Shown here one piece after another: positions 12,294-27,212 of a DNA stretch of 64,000 bases (positions are counted from its first letter, which is position 1; the number at the start of each line of letters is the position of its first letter). Source of the stretch: Octopus vulgaris (lineage: Eukaryota); the NCBI GenBank assembly GCA_951406725.2, contig OX597839.1, positions 36,766,001 through 36,830,000 of the forward strand, read 5' to 3'. The notes under the pieces were generated by a model, which was given only the letters and a program-made list of their open reading frames with translations, had not been told where the DNA came from and searched no databases. The position numbers and the translations under genes were made by a program.

Positions 12294-15200
12294 TATATAT
12301 ATATATACACACACATAGTGTTGACTATCAGGTTAAAGACTACTTAGTACTGTAGAGATAAATATTTATAAACTGAGAGTAGCAAGAGACTAACATGACC
12401 AAAATATATTTTATTTATGTATATGTGTTCTGCTTTTTAAATAATCTGCTTGGGGTTTTAGTTTCTATCTGCTGTAGCATGTGATTTTACTAGTGTTAAC
12501 ATGTCGCTATCACCCATGAGAAGCAATTTCAAATGGATTTGATATTCTCTAAAAAAAAAAAAAAAATGTCATTTGAAAGTGTATTGCAAAGACAAGATAT
12601 GCTAGTGTATATAATTGAGATAATTACAGCCTAGCTGATAACATGGTAAGGATTTCTAACCTTCGTAGATGGTGCTTCATGTTACCAACTTATTTTAGGA
12701 AGATTAGTATTTATTTAGTTTCATTTTTTTTTTTATCATCGTGATCTAATTTCTTTCTATGACATTTACCCATCCGATATGTCTTTAGTCGGTTAGTTTG
12801 AAAAACCAAGAGAGAGAGAGAGAGACTTATAACTTATCATACAGTTATAACAGTGACATGTAAACTATACCATATGCACAAGATGTATTCATGATTGTAG
12901 CTGTTACTTCAACAAGAAATATTTAATGCATGTGTTAAGCAGGCTGATAACACAAATTTAATTTTAAAAAGAGACAATCCTCAGGAAACTGTTTTTGATT
13001 GGATTTTCAGGTAAACACTTAAAATTTTCCTCACATTTTATAATCATTTTCAAGTTTGCAACTAAGATATTTTTCTAAGTTATATTATTTCTTGTACAAA
13101 CTGGCTTGTTAGTCAGTGCTTAAGATATGTCTTTCTACAAATCTTAACACTAGTCAATTTAACTTGATTGAAAGTCATTGCTAAGATATGTCTCTCCATC
13201 AGTTGTATAATTAGTCAATATAAGCTACATTGTTATTTGCTGCTAAGGTAACTACTGTCTTAGCTAAATTGTTATTCTTAACTAAGATATGTCTCTCTAT
13301 AATAGTCGTGTATAATCCCTGTCAGTGTAAACTACATTATTATTCATTGCTAGGATGCCTCTCTCTCTGCAGTAAATTGGCCAAGTCATTAGAGCATCAG
13401 ATAAAATCCCTGGCAGAGTTCATTCCAGCCTTCATGTTGAGTTTAAATTTTGCCCAGTGTTAATTTTCCCTTTCATGCATCTGGGTACAATAAACATCAA
13501 AGGTTATGGGCTGGCAATACACATTGTACGATACATTGTGGTATTAGTTCCAGCTCTGCATTCTAAGTTCCAATCCTACCATAGTGAGAAACATAATAAT
13601 CCATTGCCTGCTCCCCCCATGCCACCTTGTCCATTGGTGCCTACAGTAGACTCTAGTTATAAGCATTTGGTCCAGATCTCTGGTTTGAAGATGCCTTCTT
13701 CACTACCTCCTGTCTCAGAACCTCTGCAGAGTCATGGTGACAACACTACCTCCAGACTAAATGGTAACAAATAATCTTGTAACAGACAACATTTCATTAT
13801 CATAATTTAATGCCTATTTGCCATGCTGGCAAGGTTTCTATAGCTGTTGCCCTTCGTAATGTCAACCACTTTACAGAATGTAGTTGGTGCTATTTATGCC
13901 ACACTGGCTCATGTGACATTACTAGGTATCATGCAAGATGACCCCTCGAATGAGGTGGGGGTGTAGTATTGAAGGAAGTGGATTTATACCAGATGATTAG
14001 AGACTAGAAGGACAGGAACAGGTATCTTGCTGTAGGGAGATATAATGGTTACACCAAATGGAAAGGAAAGGAGATAGTGAGGATGTGTCAGGACATATTC
14101 TCAGGTTACAGGAAAGTGAATATAAAAGTAGTATGAATGGGTAAGAAAGTTCATGAGAGTATGAAAGAAAAGTCGTAGATGGTCCTACTATAACAGTCCC
14201 TTCGTTATTTCATCAGTGTAAGCACTTTTATTAGTAAGTTGATAATCTTTATCAGCCATATTTTCATTTGTTTTGTTTTAGTGTTTGTTTTTCAATGCTT
14301 GGGGTGTTTGATGAATAGTTTATCAAGGTATTGTTTTATAGCTGGATGATCATCCTCTTATCCAGTTATAACTTACCCATATCTGTTTTTCAAGAAAGGG
14401 GATCTCATATTTCATACAAAGTTGCGAAGCAAATGGATGATTTGTTGACAGAAGCAACAACAATGCTTGTAACTTTCATAGAGTGCAACTGTAAACACAT
14501 ATATATGTATATATATATATAAGTTTGGTAGAACAAATAGTATAAATAAAACTAAATACATGAATGTATATATTCCATACGTGGCACTTAACAGGATTTC
14601 ATAGAATTTTGAGAAAAATATAATGACAACCCTACCGTCTGTCACCAACCACAAAAAACTTATAATTTTCTCCATTTAAGATTAGTGATCTAATATATTT
14701 CATGATTGTACATATAATCATGTAGATGCATACACACACATATATATATGTACACATTTATATAGAGTGTATATATATATATTCTTTTATGTGTTTGAAT
14801 AATTGCAGTGGCCATCCTGGGGCACCACTTTAAAAAGTTTAGTTAAACAATGTGTCTGCCTTTTTTTTTGTTGCCAAACAGTTAAGTTACAGAGATGTAA
14901 ACAAACCCACACTGGTTGTCAAGCAGTGGTGAGACATATAAAAATATATATATTTTATGATTTCACTTACATATAATGATATTGCTAACCAGTTAGAACT
15001 AAACTTACTTAAGTCTCAGAATAAAGTGTGTACAGAATATAATATAAACATATATACATGCACACACAATGACTTTCCAGATAGTTTGTTTATCAGATTC
15101 ACTCACTATATGTGTATATCTGTATATATATATTTGTATTCATATGGTCTCACATTGACACTGTTCCAGCACCAGTGACAAGTAAATAGGATGTACATTA

Positions 15201-15934
15201 TCTGCCACATAATGTATACAAAGGTATAAAGTTTTTTTATTTGGAAACAAGGAAGGCAGCAGCAGGAAAGGAATCTGGTTGTTGAAAACTGCCCAAAATT
15301 TCTTGTCCAAACCATGTTAGTATAGTAAGAACGGATATAAAATTTACATTTATGTGTTATCATTTCATGTCCACTTTTCTATGCTTGTATGGGTCAGACA
15401 GAACTTGAGGCAGATTTTCTACAGCTTGATGCCCTTCCTCATTTTCAAGCAAGGTATTTCCCCATGGCCTGACATATTCATGGAAGACTAGAAATGAACA
15501 ACATTGCTTATATGATGGTGATATTTGTTTACAACCATCACGCTATCAAGACAAGGGTGCATGCAAACATACACACTCTCATATATGCATACACAAATAA
15601 CAAGTTTTGTTCAGCCTGGGGCTATAGTAGAAGACACACAAAGTATTGCAAAGTGGGACTGAATCCAAGATCACATAGTTGAGAAGTAAGCTTTTATTTT
15701 ATCTCTATTTTTTCATCTATGCTAGCATGGATTAGATGAATGTATTACTGAAACATTGTTTTACAGCCAGATGTGCTAACTTGTACCTGTTTTTCAAGTA
15801 AAGGGTTTCTTAATTCACATATCTTCAAAGTCCTCAAGCAAATGGGTAACCTATTGACCAGAGAACTGATGACAATATTGCTCACAGCAAACAGCTGTCA
15901 TAGAACCCAAATATAAACACACATATGTATATAT

Positions 15935-18530
15935 CATTATATTAATTTAGCATCCATTTTCCATGCTAGCATGGGTTGGATTGTTTGATGGGAGCTAGAA
16001 GACTGTGCTGAAATCTACTGTTTACTTTGGCATTGTTTTTATCCTGGATGCCCTTCCTATTGCTAATCACTTTACAAAATGTACTGGGTGCTTTTTACAT
16101 GGCACCAGCTCAATCACCTAATAACTTGCAATGCATGACTTCTCATTAGATGAAGGAGTAGTATTGAGGGAGGTGGCTTTAAGCAAAGTGATGAGGTTAG
16201 AATAAAACAGAGAGGCAGAAACAGATGTCTTGCTGCAGTGGGACATGGTTACCCCAATTGGAAAATGTGCAGATAGGATGTATATAAGAGGGATTGGATA
16301 AGTGGGCATGTAAGCACACAAGAATGTGAAAAGGGTGTATGTGTAGTGGGTGAAAACAGGTGTGTGTGGGGACATTTATCAGGGACAGATTGTGTGCAGG
16401 TAAGTTCATGAAAGTGCAAAAGGAGAGTGGGAGTTAGATGAGAGGGAAATGGCATGTTGAGAAGATGGTTTGTTGGGGGAGAGATTTGTCAAAGACAGGT
16501 TGTGAGCAGGGACAGACATAAACATGCTGTTTGTGCATCAATTTTACTTAGATGGATAGGTCTTCTTAAGTACAACCAATCATCTTGGTCCTTTGTCACC
16601 TCCTCTATGAGGTCCAACATTTGGAGGTCATTTTTCACTGCTTTGTTTCATATCTTCCTCTTTCACAGGTTTCATCCACATTTTGTGATTGGCACCACTT
16701 TATGCAGCTGTTCTCATCCATACACATTACATGGCAATACAAATGCTGTCATCTCTCTTGTACACTACATCTGATGCTTCTTATACCCAATTTTTCTCCC
16801 ATCACATTTACACTTTGTTGTATTTTGATCATCCATCTGAGCATGCTGGCTTCATTTTTTTCAAGCCTTTGCTTTCACTACCATGTAGCACAGCTATTCA
16901 TACATAAGCATCATACAATCTGCCTTTCACTCTATGGTGAGGCTCTCTGAACTTTCTCTAGCTGGTTCTTATCCTGGCATTTATACTTTCGGAACATTTT
17001 TCTCCAATGTTAATTAAGTCACCTAGTAAAAAAACTATTTACCATGTCTAAGGATCTTTCTGGTTATTTAAGGAAATCTATTTCCTGTGTGTTCTTAGTG
17101 TTTATTGTTCTTGTACTCTGCCACAGACACACTATTTTCCCTATTAACCTCTCTGTTATTCCACTGCACCTTTCAAGTGCTTATAGCCTGCACTGAGTAC
17201 ACTATGGAATTTCTAAGCACACCCTTTTCTACATATTGAATAAGGTCATTCCCTGAAGGGATTAGTAATTTGTTTTCCTGTTTACTAGGACTTTGATGTT
17301 TTCTAAGTTAACTTTAAGGTCTTTGGATTCTGAGGTTTTACTCCCACATCTGAAATTTCTTCTCTAATTCTACTACATTCAGCTATAGGAACAAAGTCAT
17401 TAGCATAAATGAGCTCTCATGGGTAATCAGTCTTAAACTTCTGTCATGGAGAACTAAGATAAGAAAGGGCTGAGAACCAAGCTCTGGTGAATTCCTACCT
17501 GTGCACAAAATTCACTGCCACTCATACCTGACTTCCATTTTATCTGACAGCATGCCTTACCTGGCTTGGACAGTTCTCACTAGATATTCATCTATTCCTA
17601 GCAAACAACAAATAAGGGTGAAGGACCCTTTCAAAGGCTTTCTCTATGTCAACAAATGCCAAGTACAATGGTTTATTTTTGGTCAATTGCTCCTTCTGAA
17701 GTTGCCTTACTAAGGCAGAATCAGTAGTGCTTCTCTCTGGCACAAAACCAATCTGCATTTCATTTAGGTTAACTTTTCCTACTTTGTTGAGCTATGATCC
17801 TTCCTGTAACTTTCATGACCTGGTCCAGCAATTTGATACCTCTGTAATTACTTCTAAGGCATCACCTTTACCTTTGTAGCAGTGGTCTCTAATGCTGCTA
17901 CACCAGTTGTTGGGTATGAAACCTTCCTGGACAACCTCATTAGCCATACCGGTGATTAGGCTGTATCCCACTTCCAGATATTTTGAGCATCTCAACAGTA
18001 ATTCCTGATGGTCCTGGGGGATTTCCACCTTCATATCCCTGATTGCTTTATCTATCATACTGCTGTGAATTTGGTTAACTGGTCCATCTATTGGGTCCTC
18101 ATCAGGACAACTCTCCTTTTTCCATGCTTTCTCCACATTTAGCAGCCTTTCATAGTGGCACTTTGTTGCCTCTTTATTTTCAGAATCACTAAGTGCAAGT
18201 GTACTATTGTCCATTCATACATTTCTCTCCTACATGATGATTTTCTTTTCTTTAATACACTGTCTTCCAATCTGGAACACCTTGTACCTCAAAGCATTGA
18301 CAAACCTCTTCCTTTCTGCTTTTCCTTTTGCTAGGTAGACCTGTCACCTAGCTTCTCTTCTAGCTATCTGGTATATTTCTCTGTTACCCCCATTCCTCCA
18401 ATCCTGTTTCTTCTCTTTTATGGCTCTGTCATAACATAAACCTTGGTCTGGCTGGAACATTGCACTAGCCAGATTTGATCCTTTGCTCTCAATAGGTTGT
18501 CCCAAAGGAACTTCCATTTCTCCTTTCTAT
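15935..18530 (-). mobile_element. Decayed RTE-clade LINE (RT remnants plus 3' UTR)
   Basis: Minus-strand remnants CYKGKGDALE, VGIHQSLVLSPFL (GVHQGSVLSPLLF-like) and ELIYANDF (ELLYADDL-like), with stops and frameshifts. Confidence 0.78.
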
Positions 18531-19753
18531 TAGTCCTTTTTCCTCCTGCTCATTACTCCATGTTGTCTGTTTATTGAAGATGTGACCGAATGAGGGAATA
18601 GGAAATAAGAATAGTTATAATGGTATAAACAGTGATAGGTATGAAAGGCTAGTATAGAAGGGAGTAATGGAAAGGAGATAGTTATGGCAGCTACATAGTA
18701 GCTGGTAGGGGATTGCATAGAAACACGGAATGAGTGGTATGGAAAATAGACAGAGTTATGAAGTGTATGAGAATGATGTATATGGAAGATGAAGGCAGGA
18801 GTAATGCATGTGTATATGAGAGAGAGAAATGGATAGGAAGAAAGAGATGGCTGTTAACAAGTGACTTGGAAGAGAGGAAGTGATAGCTGGCACTACAGAA
18901 GGATGTTGGCGGTGTGTATTGAATATGTATTGATTTGAACTATCTCACAGCTGATGTAGAGCACAATGAGTAACAAGCAGAACAGCGAGGGTGAGTGCCA
19001 GATTGGAGGATAAGGGCGAGAAGTAGGGAACAGATGGAGACTTAACTGGAAGACAATGCACAAGAGACCCAAATATAGATATATCAAACCCCACTCCCCA
19101 GTTTCCAAAACGAACATCCTTTTCCCCCCCACCAATACTTTATACAGATAAACCATCCTTCTTCTGCATTGCATGTCACCATTTGTTGCAGTCCTTTCTC
19201 ATTTCCTTTGTGAAGTTCCACTAGCTTCAAATCAGTCTTTACTACTTTGTTTCTGTGTCTTCCTTGGTCTCCCTCCTCATCCACAGCTTATGTCAATTTT
19301 CAGTGCTTGGCACTTCTTTATAAAAGCTGTCGTCTGCCATACATATCACGTCTGTATCAGCACATTCTTGTCTCTTGCACATTGTGTCATTTGATTCCTC
19401 TTATATTCCAGTTGCTTCCCCGTCTCATTTATTTTGTTGTTCATGTACACTAAATTACATTTCACTTCATTTCAGTGTCCTTAAAACATCAGCATTCAAG
19501 GTCTACATCTTGCCACCATACATATATATGTATATCGTCAGTTCATATATCCAAAAACGAAGCACATTCTAAAACACTAGAGCAGTAGTATATTTTTAGA
19601 AAGTTGATTGTCATGGCCTGTCAGAGAGGTTATGTGCATATGGCCCTTTAAGTCTGACAAGTTACCTACATGGCTAAGTGCTTTTTAGGTGTGAAACCAA
19701 TGGTCACTCTCTGACTGACCATAACAATCAACTTCTTATATATTTTCACACAT

Positions 19754-20131
19754 AGGCACAGGAGTCGCTGTGTGGTAAGTAGCTTGCTAACCAACCACAT
19801 GGTTCCGGGTTCAGTCCCACTGCGTGGCACCTTGGGCAAGTGTCTTCTGCTATAGCCTTGGGCCGACCAAATCCTTGTGAGTGGATTTGGTAGATGGAAA
19901 CTGAAAGAAGCCTGTCGTATATATATATATATGTATGTGTGTGTATATGTTTGTCCCTCTAGCATTGCTTGACAACCAATGCTGGTGTGTTTACGTCCCT
20001 GTCACTTAGCGGTTCAGCAAAAGAGACCGATAGAATAAGTACTGGGCTTACAAAGAATAAGTCCCGGGGTTGATTTGCTCGACTAAAGGCGGTGCTCCAG
20101 TCAAAATGACTGAAACAAGTAAAAGAGAGTA
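19754..20131 (+). mobile_element. tRNA-derived SINE family A, near full length
   Basis: A-box-like GCTGTGTGGTAAG, B-box-like GGGTTCAGTCCC, internal (TA)/(TG) microsatellite, 3' AAGTAAAAGAG tail; many copies in window. Confidence 0.85.
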
Positions 20132-20249
20132 TACACATATTGCAACACTACATATCTGCACCCTCCTGTACTGAAATGTATTTATATGCTAACCTTATTA
20201 CTTTATATACATTGATGCACACAGATATGTCTGTATGTATGTGAATAAG

Positions 20250-20281
<32 letters not shown>

Positions 20282-21080
20282 ACTACCTGGACACCTCATC
20301 ACCACTATTTAGCTCTTTGCTGCTACCACTGATGCATTTCTCGTTCTCTCCTAAATGTGAGCAGCTACCCCACAAAAACCATCTCTGCCCTACCCATTTC
20401 TATCATGTCTTAACTCTCATCTGCTAGTACAAAGCCTCACCCCTCAGGTTTCATAGGCATGCAAGCTGCATTGTAATTTCACTAGTGCTAGTTACGTGAG
20501 AAAAGCACTCAGTACATTCTGTAAAGTGGTTGACATCAGGAAGGGAGTCCTATTGCCAAAACCATGATGCATTCTTTAGACCCATTGAATCCTGTTACAC
20601 CATTCAAGCCCAGCCAGCATGGAACATGGATGTTAAATGCTGATGATTTATGTCATTTTAAGACAAAATTTGTTAAAACAGATTTTTCTATGTTTGGATG
20701 TCCTTTTTGTCACCAACCACCATCTGTTCCCAAGTAAGGTAACATTTTCTGCTAGTCTGGACATACCTTTGTGACAGATTGTAAACAAACAATACTGCTT
20801 GTATGATGGTGATGTTTTTTTTTACAATTAGCATAATGGCAACAAATGGGCAGAAACCTACTCATACATATGTTTGTGTGTGCGATAAGCTTCTTTTCAG
20901 TTTCCACCAACCAAATTAACTGAAAAGGCTTTGGCTGACCTGGGACTATAATAGAAGATACTGAACCGAAAATCACAAGTGAACTTCTTACAGTCATATG
21001 TGCATGTGTGGATCTCAAAGCAAATAAAGCTATAAATACAATATGTAAATATTGGGCTAAAAAAGGCTTATATATAGATA

Positions 21081-21357
21081 CAACACTGACTTTCTGGACA
21101 ATGATAGTCTGGAATCTTATAAACTGTGTTAATTTAAGGGCAGGAACTTAAAATTCCTGCAGCTATCAGAGCGGTTTACCGGGTGGCCCTGTTTCACAGT
21201 ACAGTATTTATAAACTTGTACCATTTACACTAATATACAGGTACCTGTATTTCATTTAATTAAATATTTGCTTAACTTAGGGGTGACCACCCCTGATTCA
21301 GAAAAATTAGTAATCAGAAAAGGCTTTGGAACCAAAGGTTCCAGAAAATCAATGTTG
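21081..21357. mobile_element. MITE (Tc1/pogo-type) with about 18-bp TIRs and TA target duplication
   Basis: TA|CAACACTGACTTTCTGGA ... TCCAGAAAATCAATGTTG|TA. Confidence 0.7.
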
Positions 21358-21373
21358 TACTTACATATATATC

Positions 21374-22897
21374 CACTGTGTTTTAAATCATTAATGTAAC
21401 GTTTTAAAAATTTTATTTAAAAACTACTCAGAATCCAATGAAATTCCCACAGAATGATGGCAACTGTTATATGCGCATTGTATGAAGAAATTGTGAGGTT
21501 TTGCACAAGTGTAAACAAACCACAACTATTTGCATGATTTCCATGAACTTTCAGTGTTCCAAATTATTAACTCGTAGTCTGATGATTGTGTAATTATGGG
21601 TTGTAAATGTGACTTAACTGCTTCAGGGAAATCTATTATTACTTCTGAACTTGCAAAAGGTAAACCACCATTAGAAATATCTAAAATAATTGGAAAATAT
21701 CAGCTCCTATGAAGATACATAAGGGGCAGACAAGGGTCAGTGGAGGGCTTCTTCTCAAAGTTCTCTGTCGTGAATTAAATAAATGTGAAGTAACAAAGAA
21801 CCCAGGTCTTACAAATAGAAAACTTTTCAAGCACATTGGTGAACTAAGTGTGTCCAGAACTGCTTGATGTTGTCTTCTGAAAAAGGTCAGTAAACCAGTG
21901 ACATCAGTTAAAAGGCCTCTTTTAAACAAAATCATCTGAAATTGTCAGAAGATAACATGAAGATCAACTTTTCAAAAGTTTTGTTTACGAATGAAACTTG
22001 TATTACCCTTGATGGACCTGATGGTTGGAGCAAGGGAAAGGTTGTAAATGGACAAGATCGTCATCAACACTTCAGATGTCAACAAAGGGGAGGAGGCATC
22101 ATAATTTGGGCAGATACTGGAGGTATTGTGGTTGGTCCTTGGAAAGTACCTGATGGTGTTAAAATGACTGCGGATGCATACACAACCTTTCTGAGGGAGC
22201 ACCTTGAATTTTGGTTAAAAATGTAAATGATCACCTTCAAGAATCATAATATTCATGCAAGATAATGCGTTCTCACATTCAGTGAAGAAAACTAGAATAT
22301 CTGCAACAATTAGGCTTCTGTGAACTTTGGAAGATTAAGTGGCCTGCCTGATCCCCTGACTTAAAAGCCAATAGAAAAACTTGTGGAGTATTCTAAAGTG
22401 GTGAGTTTACAAGAATGGACACCAGTTTAGGAGCAAGGATGAACTGTGTCCAGCAATAGTGGATGTATTTCATGGTATACATCTGAGGGGATTAAAAATT
22501 AGCATGTTCCATGGACCAGCACCTTTCCCAACCTATTTCAAACAAAGGCTCAAATACCCCTCACTAAGCAGCTCACCTATCATTCTTGCTTGTTTATTTT
22601 TATTTCTTCCATGTTTATGACTGCATGTATTCATTTCAGTATATACACCAAACAATTAAATTGGTATTTTTTGTTTACACGAGTTTTAATTATACCTCAC
22701 TAATAATTTGAAACAGTGAAAGTTTATGTAAATTTGGTAAATGGCCATAATTTGTGTTGTTTTGCAGAATCTCATGTTATTTTATACTCCATGCACATAT
22801 AATTGTAGCCATCATTCTGTTAAAATTTCGTTGAATTTCAACAAGTGGTTTTTAAATAAAATAAAAAAGTGTTATGTCATTAATTTGAAATGCAGTG
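21374..22897 (+). mobile_element. Near full-length decayed Tc1-like transposon with long (~200 bp) inverted repeats
   Basis: Transposase remnants from about 21597 (MGCKCDLT...VLFTNET...GPDGWSKG...GGGIIIWA...FMQDNA...WP..SPDL...ENLW). Left and right ends are diverged inverted repeats (shared TTTTATTTAAAAAC, ACAGAATGATGGC), flanked by TA repeats. Confidence 0.85.
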
Positions 22898-22899
22898 TG

Positions 22900-22976
<77 letters not shown>

Positions 22977-23206
22977 ATGTATATTATGTATATGTATATA
23001 TATATATATATATATAAACGTACATTATTCATTATTCTGGTGCTCCAACAACAAATAGTTCTTCAACATTTATTTATGGAGTGGGTAATTGGAATGCAGG
23101 TAAGAATGTGAAACATTCATGCCTCTCTGAAGGATATCGAAGACACAAAGGAGAAACAAGATTATGCAATGAGGTATCATTATGGCTGCAACATACACTT
23201 TTCTAT

Positions 23207-23239
<33 letters not shown>

Positions 23240-24284
23240 AACCATTCCCCTGCACAATCCTTGTTGATACATATATGGATGGATGGGTGTATATATAGAA
23301 TAAATTTTAATGAGAGGATGTCTCAAAATGTTTCAAGACTCAATTAACTATACCTCACAAACTTAATATATATATTTATATATGTGTGTGTGTGTGTGTG
23401 TATAAAGCCACACATTGCTTTAACAGAAAACAGACAACAAAAACTTCCATAATTCTTTATATCAGAATCCATAAAAAAAAAAAGCATTAGTGTTTGTAAC
23501 TCTCATACCACATATTTCTACAGATTCCATATTAGCTATCAAAATATACATTCACCAATGTTTTATACAAACCATGTTGATTACAGTACAAAATGTCTGG
23601 CATTCAAATTGTAAACATTTTCTTGTCATATCTACTCAGCAGTTTAATCTCTGTCATAGCTATGGCACCACTGGCCCCATAACTGGATTCTAGTTTTCAA
23701 ATGACAAGGTTCTGTTACATTCTCTACTTTCTCAACTCATAATCATCAATGTCACCAGCTGCATTATTATCATTTTCATTTTGGTCATCACCATCACATC
23801 AATGATTGTCATTACCATTGTTATTGTCATATTATCACTGTAATCATAGCAATCATCATCATTATCTCAATTACCATTGAAATAATAATTCAAAGATAGA
23901 AACAATAATTTAGAGCGAAACCCTTGAGACCAACTGCAGACACACATTTCCCATTCATCAATTTATTGGTAACACCTACTCCCATCCTGTAAACTACAGA
24001 TTTATTTGATTTCCCAACCCATCTGATTGGTGGTCTGGAATTGTTGATGACAATTGTCACAGCAGAGGAAGCACAATAAACATGACCACTAAGCTATTGA
24101 TTATATAAATATTTACCTTTGTTTAAAAATATGTGAAATATTTTGGTCTTTGATGACTGATTATATTTTTATATTCTGATGTTGTAACAATGAGTTGAGG
24201 CCTTAAACCATTAAATATATACATGTGTATACACTCACACTTATATATCATAATGTAGTGAAAGAGTAGGAAGACAGTTGAACC

Positions 24285-24440
24285 ATTTGTTTGAGGTACT
24301 GTTTATTGACATGCTGTTTATTAAGGGTACTGTTCGTGTGTACTATTATTGGGGGTTTAATTTGCTGGGAGTACTATTTATTGAGAGTACTGTTTGTTTG
24401 TTTGGGGTACTATTTATTGGAGGGACCATCTGTTAGGAAC
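24285..24440. repeat. Degenerate minisatellite (GGTACTGTTTATTG-like units), recurring at 24660-24720
   Basis: Repeated GTACTRTTTRTT motifs. Confidence 0.6.
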
Positions 24441-27178
24441 ACCATATACTCTTGGTGAGCAGTGTTTTCTCTAATTTGCAAGCTAGTTATAAAATGTGTG
24501 CACACAATATTCTTAAGGCAAAATGAAATTTTTTGATTGAAGAAATTTTGGTGATGGTTACTTGCATGAATGAGCACACATACTTTGCTAAGAAAAAACA
24601 AAATTTGCTACTCACAAATTTCTGTAGACACTCTCAGCAGAAACTTAGAGGAAGCATTGCTGTTAGGGTACTGTTTATTTGAGGTATCATTTCTAGACAG
24701 TACATTTATTGAGGTATATATATTATTGTCTAATAGTTCGCTAGTTTTCTAGCAACAAACCGACTGACAGTATTAATTCAACAGTTGTTTAGCCTCAGGT
24801 TGGCCCTGATTGAGCAGAAATATAGTGATGAGACACATTGTAGATGTGACTTAGCCTAATATTATCCATTGCGTACTCCTTGTATAAAAAAAATGGCAAG
24901 ATATGATCTGACTGCTTTTTATAGCACATCATGTGACTTTTCTGTGAATATATATACTTTACCCTGTTTGGTTTCATTTTTAATTGTCTTTATCTATCAA
25001 ACTGTAAGTATCTCCTTCAAACTAACCGAATGCTTGCCTTGTATTCTTCCTCCTCTCCTTGTTATTTCTAGCTAAATGTTTTCCCTCAAAATCCCTGGTG
25101 ATTACATTGGCTTTGATATGATGTTTTTGCCTCCTCGTTAAGTCTAATGAATTTGTTGTTTTGTACAGCTTGTCAGTCAACTTTCCATTTATTAATCACT
25201 ACAATTATTATGACCATTATCATTGTTATTATTATTAATTTATAATAATATAATTATTATTATTATTATTAATTTATGATAATAATAATAATTATTATTA
25301 TATTTCTTATTTTCGATAGATTTCTTTTTATTTATCAATAATACTTTTAATATTTAATTTTATTTCCCATTAATGTAATTAATGGCTTCTAATTTAGGCA
25401 CAAGGTCAACAGTTTTGAGGTGGAGAGAATAGTTGGTGCCATTGACTCCCCCTGCTTCCAGTACTTGATACTGATACATTAAGGCAAAGTTGACTTTGGT
25501 GAGATTTGAAACTGTAACTGGAACTCTCAGAACAAATACTACAAAGTATTTTGCCTGAAGTTGTAATGATTCTGTTAATCTAGTAATAATAAATGATATG
25601 TATTTGTTTTATAAAGATTAATGATTGTCCTTCTTTCTGCCTCTGGTGAAACCAAGACATTTGTCTACATATTTGAAGGTGACTGATGAAATTTATTGAA
25701 GAAGATTATCTATGACCCGATATCCTTTCTGTCACCAATCCTCACTTGTTTACAAACACACTAATATTTCTCCATAGGCAGAAATATTTTCACAGAATAC
25801 TGGAAATGAATGAAACTGCATGATAGAGACACAGCTTTACAACTATCACATGTATATACACATATGTCAGGCTTCTTTCAGTTTCTATCTACCAAATCCA
25901 CTCATAAGTATTAGCTGGCCCAGGGCTTTGGTAGAAGACACTCATCCAAGGAAACATGCTGTGGGTTTGAACATAAGACCATGTGGTTGAACAGTAAATT
26001 TCTCTACCCCACAGTCATACTTGCTCATATCTCATTATTTCATAAATTGGCTAATTCAAAGCCAAAGAGATCAAGTTAAGAGGTATTGGAGTGTCTTTTG
26101 ATAAAGTATTGTCATTTCATTAACTGACTGAATATTATAACTTGATGATACCCTCACCACCCAAGCTCAACAGAATAAAGTATATGATTAATAATATATT
26201 TATCATAAAATTATGTTTTCTAATGTCAATTCTATTTTCCCTTCATTTAACAAACATTTCTTGATACTGAAGATTTTGCTATAAATTCGCAATTTTTTCC
26301 ATTCCTCTTTTCCCCAGCCATCACTACCATCACTGAAGTAAATTTATATATGATAAACATTTGAGATGTTCTCTGCTAACCTCCACCACTGATTTTGCAT
26401 TGATTTTTTTAAAAAGAAAAAGACATTTGTGATCAACTTCCTGTCACTTCAGTCTCTCTTACCTTCTTACAGTATCCACCATTTCCCCCAATAGTTTCCA
26501 TACAGCATCCCACCCTACTGCTTCTTGTTGACATTTCACCATTCCCCAAATCATATCCTTTGATCTTTTAATTATTTCTGTCTATTAATTGGGGTCAACC
26601 AAATGACTACATATGAAGTTCAAAGTCAGTCTCTTGTTACTCTGATCTGTGCAGCTGGAGGTGAAACTCAGAGTATCAAGAGACTGACTCAACAAAATAA
26701 AATACATTAGTAATCTCTTCTATGGAACTCTTTTTTTTTATAGTTAACACTATTCACACACGTAACTCTGTGTGTGTGTGTATGTATGTATGTATATGAA
26801 GGTTTCCACTCAAATTCCATCAACTAAATCTACTCGATCTATTAGTCAATGCTAAGGTTATAATAAAAGACAATTTACCCCAGTTGCCACACAGTGAGAA
26901 TGACCCAGAATGACATAGAGATAAACAGAAATACATAACTACACAACCATATGTTCATCCAGGTTGAAGGTTAAATAAGGTCTCAACAGATTAAAAGATT
27001 TAATTGTGATTTGATATTTGTTTATCAACCTAATTATTTTACTTCAGATCTCACCAACCTTCTAATGGCAGGTTCAATTCCCCACTCCCTCCCCATTTTC
27101 TAAACTTCGTTTTCAGATCTTTCCATACATTAGATTTCTTGGTAAAGTTATCAGAGCAGTGGACACTTAGAATTTTTA

Positions 27179-27212
<34 letters not shown>

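Noticed and set aside
19754-19830. tRNA genes at SINE heads
   Set aside because: A/B boxes are present but they continue into SINE bodies and form no complete cloverleaf.
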